Shown piece by piece: positions 37,162 to 46,594 of a stretch of DNA of 64,000 nucleotides. The notes under the pieces are model-generated. The model saw only the letters and a list, made by a program, of their open reading frames with translations. It had not been told where the DNA came from and made no database searches. The position numbers were made by a program, and so were the translations under genes. Each line of letters starts with the position of its first letter. Positions within the stretch are counted from its first letter, which is position 1. This DNA is from Escherichia phage JK1: the sequence record MZ436830.1. The stretch is one strand, 5' to 3'.

Positions 37162-38727
37162 ATGACTATCAAAACTAAAGCTGAACTTTTGAACAAATGG
37201 AAGCCATTACTGGAAGGTGAAGGTTTACCGGAAATTGCTAATAGCAAACAAGCGATTATCGCTAAAATCTTTGAAAACCAGGAAAAAGATTTCCAGACAG
37301 CTCCGGAATATAAAGACGAAAAAATTGCTCAGGCATTCGGTTCTTTCTTAACAGAAGCTGAAATTGGTGGTGACCACGGTTACAATGCTACCAACATCGC
37401 TGCAGGTCAGACTTCTGGCGCAGTAACCCAGATTGGCCCGGCTGTTATGGGTATGGTACGTCGTGCTATTCCTAACCTGATTGCTTTCGATATTTGCGGT
37501 GTTCAGCCGATGAACAGCCCGACTGGTCAGGTATTCGCACTGCGCGCAGTATATGGTAAAGACCCAATCGCTTCCGGCGCTAAAGAAGCATTCCACCCAA
37601 TGTATGGTCCAGATGCAATGTTCTCTGGTCAGGGTGCTGCTAAGAAATTCCCAGCTCTGGCTGCTAGTACTGAAACTGTTGTAGGTGATATCTATACTCA
37701 CTTCTTCCAGGAAACCGGTACTGTATATCTGCAAGCTTCAGCTGTTGTGACAATTGATTCTAGTGCAAATGATGCAGCTAAATTAGATGCTGAAATTAAG
37801 AAACAAATGGAAGCAGGTGTACTGGTAGAAATCGCTGAAGGTATGGCTACTTCTATCGCTGAACTTCAGGAAGGTTTTAACGGTTCTACCGATAACCCAT
37901 GGAATGAAATGGGCTTCCGTATCGATAAACAAGTTATCGAAGCTAAATCTCGTCAGCTGAAAGCTGCTTACTCTATTGAATTAGCACAAGACCTTCGCGC
38001 TGTTCACGGTATGGATGCTGATGCTGAACTGTCCGGTATTCTGGCTACCGAAATTATGCTGGAAATCAACCGCGAAGTTGTTGATTGGATTAACTACTCC
38101 GCTCAGGCTGGTAAATCTGGTATGACCCTGACTCCGGGTTCTAAAGCTGGTGTATTTGACTTCCAGGACCCAATCGATATTCGTGGTGCTCGCTGGGCGG
38201 GTGAATCCTTTAAAGCTCTGTTGTTCCAGATTGACAAAGAAGCAGTTGAAATTGCTCGTCAGACCGGTCGTGGTGAAGGTAACTTCATTATCGCTTCCCG
38301 TAACGTAGTTAACGTTCTGGCTTCAGTTGATACTGGCATTTCTTATGCTGCACAAGGTCTGGCTACCGGCTTTAACACTGATACTACCAAGTCAGTATTT
38401 GCTGGTGTTCTGGGTGGTAAATACCGCGTATATATCGACCAGTATGCTAAACAGGATTATTTCACTGTAGGTTATAAAGGTCCGAACGAAATGGATGCTG
38501 GTATTTACTATGCTCCATATGTAGCTCTGACTCCGCTGCGTGGTTCCGATCCGAAGAACTTCCAACCGGTAATGGGGTTCAAAACTCGTTACGGTATCGG
38601 TATCAACCCATTTGCAGAATCCGCTGCTCAGGCTCCGGCTTCTCGCATCCAGAGCGGTATGCCTTCTATTCTGAATAGCCTTGGTAAAAACGCTTACTTC
38701 CGCCGTGTATATGTTAAAGGTATCTAA
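37162..38727 (+). CDS. 23: gp23 major capsid protein
   Basis: 521 aa, T4 length and order; high-expression codon usage. Confidence 0.97.
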   Translation: MTIKTKAELLNKWKPLLEGEGLPEIANSKQAIIAKIFENQEKDFQTAPEYKDEKIAQAFGSFLTEAEIGGDHGYNATNIAAGQTSGAVTQIGPAVMGMVRRAIPNLIAFDICGVQPMNSPTGQVFALRAVYGKDPIASGAKEAFHPMYGPDAMFSGQGAAKKFPALAASTETVVGDIYTHFFQETGTVYLQASAVVTIDSSANDAAKLDAEIKKQMEAGVLVEIAEGMATSIAELQEGFNGSTDNPWNEMGFRIDKQVIEAKSRQLKAAYSIELAQDLRAVHGMDADAELSGILATEIMLEINREVVDWINYSAQAGKSGMTLTPGSKAGVFDFQDPIDIRGARWAGESFKALLFQIDKEAVEIARQTGRGEGNFIIASRNVVNVLASVDTGISYAAQGLATGFNTDTTKSVFAGVLGGKYRVYIDQYAKQDYFTVGYKGPNEMDAGIYYAPYVALTPLRGSDPKNFQPVMGFKTRYGIGINPFAESAAQAPASRIQSGMPSILNSLGKNAYFRRVYVKGI

Positions 38728-38743
38728 TCTTTGACGATTTAAG

Positions 38744-38770
38744 GGACCTTCGGGTCCCTTTAGTTGTTTT
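38744..38770 (+). terminator. terminator after gene 23
   Basis: GGGACC-TTCG-GGTCCC followed by TTTAGTTGTTTTTAT. Confidence 0.7.
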
Positions 38771-38775
38771 TATGG

Positions 38776-38783
38776 TATAAATA
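38776..38783 (+). promoter_or_regulatory. late promoter TATAAATA for gene 24
   Basis: Exact TATAAATA 28 nt upstream of gp24 ATG. Confidence 0.65.
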
Positions 38784-38810
38784 AATCATATAAACCAAAA
38801 GGAAAGCGCA

Positions 38811-40094
38811 ATGGCTAAAATCAACGAACTTCTGCGCGAATCAACCACAACGAATAGCAACTCAATCGGTCGCCCAAATCTCGTTGCTTTGACTCGCGCT
38901 ACCACTAAATTAATATATTCTGACATTGTAGCAACGCAAAGAACTAATCAACCTGTTGCTGCTTTTTATGGTATCAAATACCTTAACCCAGACAACGAAT
39001 TTACATTTAAAACTGGTGCTACTTACGCTGGCGAAGCTGGATATGTAGACCGAGAACAAATCACAGAATTAACAGAAGAGTCTAAATTAACTCTCAATAA
39101 AGGCGATTTATTCAAATATAATAATATCGTTTATAAAGTATTAGAAGATACTCCATTTGCTGATATTGAAGAAAGCGACTTAGAGTTAGCTCTTCAGATT
39201 GCAATTGTTCTTTTAAAGGTTCGTCTATTTTCTGATGCTGCAGTAACAAGCAAATTTGAAAGCTCTGATAGTGAAATTGCGGATGCTAGATTCCAGATTA
39301 ATAAATGGCAAACCGCAGTTAAATCTCGTAAACTTAAAACTGGCATCACAGTTGAATTAGCACAAGATTTAGAAGCAAACGGATTCGATGCTCCTAATTT
39401 CTTGGAAGATTTGCTTGCAACTGAAATGGCGGATGAAATCAATAAAGATATTTTGCAGTCTTTGATTACAGTGTCAAAACGCTATAAAGTTACAGGAATT
39501 ACTGATACTGGATTCATTGATTTGAGTTATGCATCTGCACCTGAAGCCGGTCGTTCATTATACCGAATGGTATGCGAAATGGTTTCACATATCCAGAAAG
39601 AATCAACTTATACAGCAACGTTCTGTGTTGCTTCAGCTCGTGCCGCTGCGATTCTTGCTGCATCAGGTTGGTTAAAACATAAACCAGAAGATGACAAATA
39701 TCTTTCACAAAATGCCTACGGGTTCTTAGCTAATGGTTTACCGCTTTATTGCGATACCAACAGCCCATTAGATTATGTAATCGTTGGCGTAGTAGAAAAT
39801 ATTGGTGAAAAAGAAATTGTTGGATCAATTTTCTATGCTCCGTATACAGAAGGTCTTGACTTAGATGACCCTGAACATGTAGGTGCATTTAAAGTTGTAG
39901 TTGATCCAGAAAGTTTGCAGCCATCTATCGGTTTATTAGTTAGATATGCTTTATCTGCAAATCCTTACACTGTAGCAAAAGATGAAAAAGAAGCAAGAAT
40001 AATTGATGGTGGAGACATGGATAAAATGGCGGGTCGTTCAGATTTGTCTGTTTTATTAGGTGTTAAGCTACCAAAAATTATCATTGATGAATAA
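38811..40094 (+). CDS. 24: gp24 capsid vertex protein
   Basis: 427 aa, T4 length; follows gene 23 directly with no intervening ORF. Confidence 0.95.
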   Translation: MAKINELLRESTTTNSNSIGRPNLVALTRATTKLIYSDIVATQRTNQPVAAFYGIKYLNPDNEFTFKTGATYAGEAGYVDREQITELTEESKLTLNKGDLFKYNNIVYKVLEDTPFADIEESDLELALQIAIVLLKVRLFSDAAVTSKFESSDSEIADARFQINKWQTAVKSRKLKTGITVELAQDLEANGFDAPNFLEDLLATEMADEINKDILQSLITVSKRYKVTGITDTGFIDLSYASAPEAGRSLYRMVCEMVSHIQKESTYTATFCVASARAAAILAASGWLKHKPEDDKYLSQNAYGFLANGLPLYCDTNSPLDYVIVGVVENIGEKEIVGSIFYAPYTEGLDLDDPEHVGAFKVVVDPESLQPSIGLLVRYALSANPYTVAKDEKEARIIDGGDMDKMAGRSDLSVLLGVKLPKIIIDE

Positions 40095-40100
40095 AACAAA

Positions 40101-40125
40101 GGGACCTTTCGGTCCCTTTTTATTT
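40101..40125. terminator. bidirectional terminator between gene 24 and rnlB
   Basis: GGGACC-TTTC-GGTCCC with T-run on plus (TTTTTATTT) and on minus (TTTGTTTTAT); rnlB stop abuts it. Confidence 0.7.
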
Positions 40126-41128
40126 AACTTACCAATTCAATCCAAGCCGGACGAAGTACATCTTGTACCATTTTAACTAATTCCTTCTTAATCAAAGAAG
40201 GATTATCCGCTTGAGTTAGAGTAATACCTTCACGAGAAGTTTCTTCCAAAATATCTTGAACCGTTAGTCCCATCACCTTTCCAAAATCTTTTGGACCAAT
40301 TTCACCAATTTTAGAAATAACGTTATTTACTCGATTCAGTGTAACGTAACAAGCTAAAATTCCCAGCAATTTGTTATCAGCTTCTGACAGTTTAACTTTA
40401 GCTTTAATAGGCTTGTCAGACTTTTTCTTTTCACTAAATTTAGAATTCTTGCATTTGATGGCTACACGATTGCGATTAGGCAGCCAAGAAGGATAACAAG
40501 GTTTCAATACATATCCTTCAGCGGTAAATACTTCGCCTTTGGCTTCAGCTTTCCAAACACATTTGTTAGCGTCAATTAAACCTGCATTATCTACGGTAAA
40601 ATTATAAGACGGAACAACAGAATCCAAATCATTTGGAAGTTTAATAAGATCTTCAAATTTACCACGACCCAAAAGTGGAGCGATTTTAAACCCAAATGAA
40701 TTACAAAACGATTCCATCATGTAATCATCAACATAAGTTACATCACCACTTTCGGTAGTGACAATAATGTCAAATACATAAAAATCTTTATCGCCATAAT
40801 CAACATTCTTCTGAATGCCAGGTCCAGCGAATTCGCCAAAAACTTGATAAGTCACAACAGCTGAAGTTTCCATAATTTCTTGGACAGCTTTAATAGAATC
40901 TTCGTAATTCTTTAAAATAATTTCATAACCGAAGAAATCTTCAGCAGGAAGAATCGGTCCAGTACGTTTAGCGCAAGTTACTTTATCACGCTCAATAATC
41001 AATGAGAAATTTGTGCCGTGAATCTTTTCACGAGCTACCCATTCGCCGCCAGTCAATCCTAAGCTATAAATTTTTTCAATAAATTTAGAGTTGTAATGAT
41101 TTTCAAGACTGCTATACTTTTTAAACAT
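40124..41128 (-). CDS. rnlB: RNA ligase 2
   Basis: 334 aa; adenylylation motif KIHGTN near N-terminus; T4 Rnl2 length and position. Confidence 0.9.
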   Translation of the reverse strand: MFKKYSSLENHYNSKFIEKIYSLGLTGGEWVAREKIHGTNFSLIIERDKVTCAKRTGPILPAEDFFGYEIILKNYEDSIKAVQEIMETSAVVTYQVFGEFAGPGIQKNVDYGDKDFYVFDIIVTTESGDVTYVDDYMMESFCNSFGFKIAPLLGRGKFEDLIKLPNDLDSVVPSYNFTVDNAGLIDANKCVWKAEAKGEVFTAEGYVLKPCYPSWLPNRNRVAIKCKNSKFSEKKKSDKPIKAKVKLSEADNKLLGILACYVTLNRVNNVISKIGEIGPKDFGKVMGLTVQDILEETSREGITLTQADNPSLIKKELVKMVQDVLRPAWIELVS

Positions 41129-41137
41129 AATTAATCC

Positions 41138-41416
41138 TCAAAATGTAATTTCTAACCAATCACCATCACGCTGATCACTATTGACTTTAAAATTAAATCC
41201 TTCTTTTCTCAGCCAATCACCAATTTCCTCAGTAATCAATTTATCGCGAGCAGTACAATAATAACTAAAATATGTTTTACCTTGTTCAGCTGCTTTATTA
41301 GCAAGTTCCGAAAAATCTTTAATAAAACACTCTAGCTTAAACTGTTTACTTTTTAATGCTTTTTCACGTAATTGATTAGCAAAAGATTCATTTTCATAAA
41401 GATCATACTGTTCCAT
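41138..41416 (-). CDS. hypothetical protein (T4 24.2-like by position)
   Basis: ORF track 92 aa between rnlB and hoc. Confidence 0.6.
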   Translation of the reverse strand: MEQYDLYENESFANQLREKALKSKQFKLECFIKDFSELANKAAEQGKTYFSYYCTARDKLITEEIGDWLRKEGFNFKVNSDQRDGDWLEITF

Positions 41417-41618
41417 TTTTCACCTTTTTATTGATATGTCTTTTTCTATAGACAACTTTTTCTCGAGTTTCAAATTTATTCTTAGCAGTCATAGCTCGAG
41501 CCCATAATACAGCCACTTCTTTCGCCTGTAAGTTTAATTCACGAGCAATTTCAATGAATGACTTTCCAGACTCATGAAGAGTAAACACCACAACCTCAGT
41601 TCTCATAATCAATCTCAT
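41403..41618 (-). CDS. hypothetical protein (T4 24.3-like by position)
   Basis: ORF track 71 aa; overlaps downstream gene by 14 nt. Confidence 0.55.
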   Translation of the reverse strand: MRLIMRTEVVVFTLHESGKSFIEIARELNLQAKEVAVLWARAMTAKNKFETREKVVYRKRHINKKVKNGTV

Positions 41619-41687
41619 GTTATCGAGTTGGTGCCATTATATACATCATTTTCTGAGTGTGTTTTGTGTGCTTTCAAAATGAAGAAA

Positions 41688-41701
41688 GGGGCCGAAGCCC
41701 C
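41688..41701 (-). terminator. GGGGC-CGAA-GCCCC hairpin after hoc
   Basis: Second copy of the AGGGGCCGAAGCCCCT motif; sits just 3' of the hoc stop on the minus strand. Confidence 0.45.
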
Positions 41702-41707
41702 TTATGA

Positions 41708-43126
41708 TTATGGATAGGTATAGATGATACCAGTTTCTAAAGCAGTTTTATGAATGATGTATCCATTACGCGATTCTTGGACATCAACTTCTGGATAGTC
41801 TTTCATCATCTTCTGAAGAGTGTAACGATGCAGGTAGTATTTACTATCTGGATCTTCAGTTTTCCAATCTTTACCTTCTTCAGTCATTTTTTGAATTTCA
41901 TCCATAACCCACCAACCGCACCAGATGTAAGCTGAGCTACGGTGTGGAAGAGGATGAACATAAGGTAATTCACCTTCTGGTTCTGGAGCAACTTTATCAG
42001 TTACCTGAACTTGACCTTCTGCTGTAATAGTTTTGCTATCATAATCAGTAGCAGTAACAATTGCCGTAACTTCAATAGTTTGACTTCCAATAGATGAGGT
42101 ATCAACGGTATATACATTAGTTGACCCTTCTACAGGAGAAGAATCTTTCTTCCATGAATACGCAATTTGCGCTTCTTCTGGAGCATCAGTGACATTAGCA
42201 GTAAATGTAGCCGAAGCATCTTGTTGAACGTTAATAGAAGGAGGAGTCAATGTAACCTGTGGATTCATTGTCTTCTTATTAACCGTTAATGATACTTCAT
42301 TCGAAGTAACCTCCTTTTCATTGTAATTTTCTGCAGTTACTTGCGCTACACATTTAATTCTTTTTACTCCACTTGTAGTTGGAGTATAGTTAAATGTAGC
42401 AGAAGTTGCTTCACCAATTTGAGAATCATCTACATACCACTGATACGTAGCAGATGCTCCACCAGGTTGAGAAGCTAAGGCAGCAGTAAATTGAACTGGG
42501 GTTCCAATTACTCCAGCTGGAGGACTATCAGGAGTTACTGCCAAGGTAGTTGTCTGTGTCTTTTTATTAACAGTCAGTGACACTTCATTAGAAGTAACTT
42601 CCTTTGCATCATAATCTGTCGCGGTTACTTGAGCTACACACTTAATTGTTTTAACTCCGCTTGCGTCAGGAGTGTAATTGAATGTAGCAGAAGTTGCTTC
42701 GCTTACAGGAGAACCGTCAACGTGCCATTGATACGTAGCAGACGCTCCTGGTGGCTGTGAAGCCAAGGCAGCAGTAAATTCAACGGCTGTTCCGATTACT
42801 CCTTCCGGAGGACTAGCAGGAGTTACGGCTAATGTAGTTGTTTGTGTCTTATTTTGAACTGTGATAGTTGTACTAATTTCTGCTGTTTCAGGTTCAGATT
42901 CTGCAACTTGATTGGTTGCAACTACTTTAATAGTCTTTTGACCGGCAGGTCCTTTTAGTACATAACTAAAAGTTGCTGACGTTTCTTCCTGTGGAGCGTC
43001 GTCTACAGTCCAAGCATATGTAATAGGTCCATCTCCAGTTTGACCACTGGGTGTAGCAGTAAACTGCTGAGTCTGATCTATAACTCCAGTAGGTGTTTTA
43101 GGAGTTATATCAACTGTAAAAGCCAT
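41708..43126 (-). CDS. hoc: Hoc highly immunogenic outer capsid protein, extended form with duplicated Ig-like domain
   Basis: 472 aa (T4 Hoc recalled as 376 aa); Ig-like repeats; two adjacent 96-aa units almost identical (KTQTTTLAVTP...SNEVSLTVNK). Confidence 0.85.
   Translation of the reverse strand: MAFTVDITPKTPTGVIDQTQQFTATPSGQTGDGPITYAWTVDDAPQEETSATFSYVLKGPAGQKTIKVVATNQVAESEPETAEISTTITVQNKTQTTTLAVTPASPPEGVIGTAVEFTAALASQPPGASATYQWHVDGSPVSEATSATFNYTPDASGVKTIKCVAQVTATDYDAKEVTSNEVSLTVNKKTQTTTLAVTPDSPPAGVIGTPVQFTAALASQPGGASATYQWYVDDSQIGEATSATFNYTPTTSGVKRIKCVAQVTAENYNEKEVTSNEVSLTVNKKTMNPQVTLTPPSINVQQDASATFTANVTDAPEEAQIAYSWKKDSSPVEGSTNVYTVDTSSIGSQTIEVTAIVTATDYDSKTITAEGQVQVTDKVAPEPEGELPYVHPLPHRSSAYIWCGWWVMDEIQKMTEEGKDWKTEDPDSKYYLHRYTLQKMMKDYPEVDVQESRNGYIIHKTALETGIIYTYP
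42275..42850. repeat. in-frame 288-bp tandem direct repeat (2 copies) inside hoc
   Basis: Copies 42275..42562 and 42563..42850 encode near-identical Ig-like domains (aa 93-188 and 189-284); DNA similarity visible, e.g. around 42250..42300 vs 42550..42600. Confidence 0.8.
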
Positions 43127-43135
43127 AAGTTATCC

Positions 43136-43816
43136 TTATTTTAATGTTACGAAAGAAGAATTACGTGTTTCACGAATTAGAACTGATCCGTCGCGATTAA
43201 TGTAATAAATTAAGCTAAATAAAGTTTGGTGCGCCGACGCGTGTTCAAAACTAGTTGGGTGAGATTTCCAATCCGGAGTTTCAGCAATCCACTGGTAAAT
43301 CCACCAAGGAACAGTGCAGAATCCTGGATTTTTTCCAATCAGCTGAAGATTCGGACTAAAGTTTTCCGGAAGAGTAAATACAGACGGCTTTTCAGATTCA
43401 ATAATCTCAGCTACAGCCTGCTCAAATTTTTCTTCAACAAAAGGAGTATCTTCAATCAAAACATCGGTATTTTCAGGAATTTTATCCGTTTCTACTACTT
43501 CAATTTTAATGTCAGATTTAACCGGAGAATCAATCAGAAGTGCTGCCTCTGGATTGACTTCTTCATCGTCATATTTTAATCCGTCTGCAGCATCAGCAGC
43601 ATCAATTAAGTCTTTAATAGATAACCCATCAGTCTCTGGCATAGGTTCACTAGCGAGCTTCTGGAGGGCTTCTTCAATATCATTAACGATATTATCAAAA
43701 GATTTATTCTTTTTGACCTTTATACCAAACTGTTCAGCATATTCAGCTAATTTAGCTTTAGCTTCTTTATTATCATCAAGAGCCTTCAGCTCTGCAATAT
43801 AATCTTTATCTATCAT
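43136..43816 (-). CDS. inh: Inh inhibitor of prohead protease gp21 (hoc.1)
   Basis: 226 aa MIDKDYIAELKALDDNKEAKAKLAEY...; T4 Inh length and position. Confidence 0.85.
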   Translation of the reverse strand: MIDKDYIAELKALDDNKEAKAKLAEYAEQFGIKVKKNKSFDNIVNDIEEALQKLASEPMPETDGLSIKDLIDAADAADGLKYDDEEVNPEAALLIDSPVKSDIKIEVVETDKIPENTDVLIEDTPFVEEKFEQAVAEIIESEKPSVFTLPENFSPNLQLIGKNPGFCTVPWWIYQWIAETPDWKSHPTSFEHASAHQTLFSLIYYINRDGSVLIRETRNSSFVTLK

Positions 43817-43829
43817 AATATTTCCTCAG

Positions 43830-43837
43830 TATAAATA
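43830..43837 (+). promoter_or_regulatory. late promoter TATAAATA upstream of uvsW
   Basis: Exact TATAAATA 30 nt upstream of uvsW ATG. Confidence 0.55.
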
Positions 43838-43866
43838 TAGATATATTTATTACATGGTATTTAGAC

Positions 43867-45378
43867 ATGACTGACATTAAAGTACATTTTTATGATTTTA
43901 GTCACGTGAGAATTGATTGTGAAGAAAGTACATTTCATGAACTCCGTGATTTCTTTAGCTTTGAAGCTGATGGGTATCGTTTTAATCCGAAGTACAAATA
44001 TGGCCACTGGGATGGACGAATCCGTCTTTTAGATTATAATCGCCTTCTTCCATTCGGTTTAGTCGGGCAAATTAAAAAGTTCTGCGATAACTTTGGCTAT
44101 AAAGCCTGGATTGACCCACAGATTAACGAAAAAGAAGAATTATCAAGAAAAGATTTTGATGAATGGCTTTCTAAATTAGAAATCTATTCAGGAAATAAAA
44201 GAATTGAACCGCATTGGTATCAAAAAGATGCAGTGTTCGAAGGATTAGTTAATCGTCGTAGAATTCTTAATCTTCCAACATCCGCAGGTAAATCTTTAAT
44301 TCAAGCTTTGCTTGCTCGGTATTATTTGGAAAATTATGAAGGCAAAATTCTTATCATTGTTCCAACAACTGCTCTGACAACTCAGATGGCTGATGACTTT
44401 GTTGACTATCGTTTATTCAGTCATGCAATGATAAAGAAAATCGGCGGTGGAGCATCAAAAGATGATAAATATAAAAATGATGCACCAGTCGTTGTTGGTA
44501 CATGGCAAACTGTAGTAAAACAACCGAAAGAATGGTTCTCACAGTTTGGAATGATGATGAATGATGAATGCCATCTTGCTACAGGAAAAAGTATTTCATC
44601 TATCATATCAGGTTTAAATAACTGTATGTTTAAATTTGGTTTGTCTGGTTCATTACGTGATGGCAAAGCTAATATCATGCAGTATGTTGGAATGTTTGGT
44701 GAAATATTTAAGCCAGTAACGACTTCTAAATTAATGGAAGATGGACAAGTAACTGAGTTAAAAATTAATAGTATTTTTCTTCGCTATCCAGATGAGTTCA
44801 CTACTAAATTAAAGGGAAAAACTTACCAAGAAGAAATAAAAATTATTACTGGACTCAGTAAAAGAAATAAATGGATCGCTAAATTAGCTATTAAGCTTGC
44901 GCAAAAAGATGAAAACGCTTTTGTCATGTTTAAACACGTATCGCACGGTAAAGCTATTTTCGATTTAATTAAAAATGAATACGATAAAGTTTATTACGTA
45001 TCAGGGGAAGTTGATACCGAAACCCGCAATATAATGAAAACCTTAGCTGAAAATGGTAAAGGAATAATTATAGTAGCTAGTTATGGTGTATTTTCTACTG
45101 GTATTTCAGTTAAAAATCTGCATCACGTTGTTTTAGCGCACGGTGTTAAATCAAAAATCATTGTATTACAAACAATCGGTCGTGTATTACGTAAGCATGG
45201 TTCTAAGACAATAGCAACCGTCTGGGACCTCATAGATGATTGTGGCGTTAAGCCAAAATCTGCTAATACGAAAAAGAAATATGTTCATTTGAACTATCTT
45301 TTAAAACACGGCATTGATCGTATTCAGCGCTATGCAGATGAAAAATTTAATTACGTAATGAAAACAGTTAATTTATAA
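43867..45378 (+). CDS. uvsW: UvsW SF2 DNA/RNA helicase
   Basis: 503 aa; Walker A PTSAGKS, DEAH-like MMNDECH; T4 UvsW. Confidence 0.95.
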   Translation: MTDIKVHFYDFSHVRIDCEESTFHELRDFFSFEADGYRFNPKYKYGHWDGRIRLLDYNRLLPFGLVGQIKKFCDNFGYKAWIDPQINEKEELSRKDFDEWLSKLEIYSGNKRIEPHWYQKDAVFEGLVNRRRILNLPTSAGKSLIQALLARYYLENYEGKILIIVPTTALTTQMADDFVDYRLFSHAMIKKIGGGASKDDKYKNDAPVVVGTWQTVVKQPKEWFSQFGMMMNDECHLATGKSISSIISGLNNCMFKFGLSGSLRDGKANIMQYVGMFGEIFKPVTTSKLMEDGQVTELKINSIFLRYPDEFTTKLKGKTYQEEIKIITGLSKRNKWIAKLAIKLAQKDENAFVMFKHVSHGKAIFDLIKNEYDKVYYVSGEVDTETRNIMKTLAENGKGIIIVASYGVFSTGISVKNLHHVVLAHGVKSKIIVLQTIGRVLRKHGSKTIATVWDLIDDCGVKPKSANTKKKYVHLNYLLKHGIDRIQRYADEKFNYVMKTVNL

Positions 45379-45390
45379 GGGCTTCGGCCC
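45379..45390 (+). terminator. UUCG-tetraloop hairpin GGGC-TTCG-GCCC between uvsW and uvsW.1
   Basis: Immediately after the uvsW stop; followed by TTTGGAGAAAAAG and the uvsW.1 ATG, so probably an attenuating or stabilising hairpin. Confidence 0.4.
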
Positions 45391-45403
45391 TTTGGAGAAA
45401 AAG

Positions 45404-45634
45404 ATGTTACTAGAATTTAAACAATTTCTTTATGAAGCTTCTATTGATGAATTTATGGGTAAAATTGCCTCTTGTCAAACATTAGAAGGTTTAGAAGAAC
45501 TTGAAGCTTATTATAAGAAAAGAGTTAAAGAAACTGAATTAAAAGATACTGATGACATCTCAGTCAGAGATGCTTTGGCAGGAAAAAGAGCTGAATTAGA
45601 AGATTCAGACGATGAAGTAGAAGAAAGCTTTTAA
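45404..45634 (+). CDS. uvsW.1: UvsW.1 small acidic protein
   Basis: ORF track 45392 begins at TTG; ATG at 45404 with GGAG SD gives MLLEFKQFLYEAS..., 76 aa. Confidence 0.8.
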   Translation: MLLEFKQFLYEASIDEFMGKIASCQTLEGLEELEAYYKKRVKETELKDTDDISVRDALAGKRAELEDSDDEVEESF

Positions 45635-45679
45635 ATTAAAAAAGGCCCAACCAAAAAGGAAGGGCCAAAACTATAGACT

Positions 45680-45857
45680 AAAGGTCACACTATAGCAAAA
45701 GTTGTGTTTCATTTAATTGTTCTTCCGAACTTTCTGAAACTGGTAGTTCTTTAATGTAATTATAGCAAGGCCCAGGATGTACAGGACCTTTGTCTGTTTC
45801 AACAACCAATGCAGAATCGATTGGAGTTTTACAGACAACACAAATCTTATCTGACAT
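45680..45857 (-). CDS. small Cys-containing ORF below ORF-track threshold (uvsY.-2-like by position); boundaries approximate
   Basis: ATG at 45857..45855 with GGAGACAATC upstream; hand translation MSDKICVVCKTPIDSALVVETDKGPVHPGPCYNY...; my count and the labelled coordinates differ by about 10 nt so the frame needs recomputation. Confidence 0.3.
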
Positions 45858-45890
45858 GATTGTCTCCTCTGAATTATATATATATTCTAT

Positions 45891-46115
45891 TTATACAACT
45901 CTCATATGCATATCAATGCCCATATCTTTAGAATAAAAATATTCATCAAGATATCCGGCAAATTTTCCTTTAATATAAATGACATCTTCACCACACGGGT
46001 GGTCGGCCAGGATACGAATATCCTGACGCTTAAGATTATACTTTTTCATTAAGAATTGAATTTCCGTTTCAAATTCTTCTTCATAATTAAAAGCATCATC
46101 AATGCTATATCTCAT
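45891..46115 (-). CDS. hypothetical protein (uvsY.-1-like by position)
   Basis: ORF track 74 aa immediately downstream of uvsY. Confidence 0.65.
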   Translation of the reverse strand: MRYSIDDAFNYEEEFETEIQFLMKKYNLKRQDIRILADHPCGEDVIYIKGKFAGYLDEYFYSKDMGIDMHMRVV

Positions 46116-46528
46116 TATTTTCCAGCCTCAAATGCTCGCATGTCTTGAATATGCTTAATAGCAAATCCACGTGATTTGATAGCATCAAGAGCTCCGCTAC
46201 AGAAATCTAATAAAATCCCCCAATACTGTAACGAGGTATCAATCTTTAAAACATCCTTATCAGCTGATAGAACTGTCTTCATTTCTGATTTCTCGTAACG
46301 ATCCATACTAAATTCATCACCATCTCCTCGTCCCGAGTAGTAGTCTAATTTAGCTTTAAGAGCAACTTTTTTCTGTGCATCAATTCTAAGCATTTCCTTT
46401 TTAATACTTGAATGCTTATTAAGCCATTTACTATATAACATCACATTATTAGCTGCTTCATACTGTAATTTAGTCGAATCTATAAACACATCTTTCTTCA
46501 ATTCTTCTTGAAGATCTTCTAATCTCAT
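46115..46528 (-). CDS. uvsY: UvsY recombination mediator protein
   Basis: 137 aa MRLEDLQEELKKDVFIDSTKLQYEAANN...; T4 UvsY. Confidence 0.95.
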   Translation of the reverse strand: MRLEDLQEELKKDVFIDSTKLQYEAANNVMLYSKWLNKHSSIKKEMLRIDAQKKVALKAKLDYYSGRGDGDEFSMDRYEKSEMKTVLSADKDVLKIDTSLQYWGILLDFCSGALDAIKSRGFAIKHIQDMRAFEAGK

Positions 46529-46568
46529 ATTGTTCTCTATTCAATTGTTATTGGATGGACTTAGATTC

Positions 46569-46594
46569 ATTATACCACGTTTATACGTGAAGCA
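46569..46594 (-). promoter_or_regulatory. MotA-dependent middle promoter for uvsY
   Basis: Minus strand TGCTTCA (46594..46588), 13-nt spacer, TATAAT (46574..46569). Confidence 0.55.
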
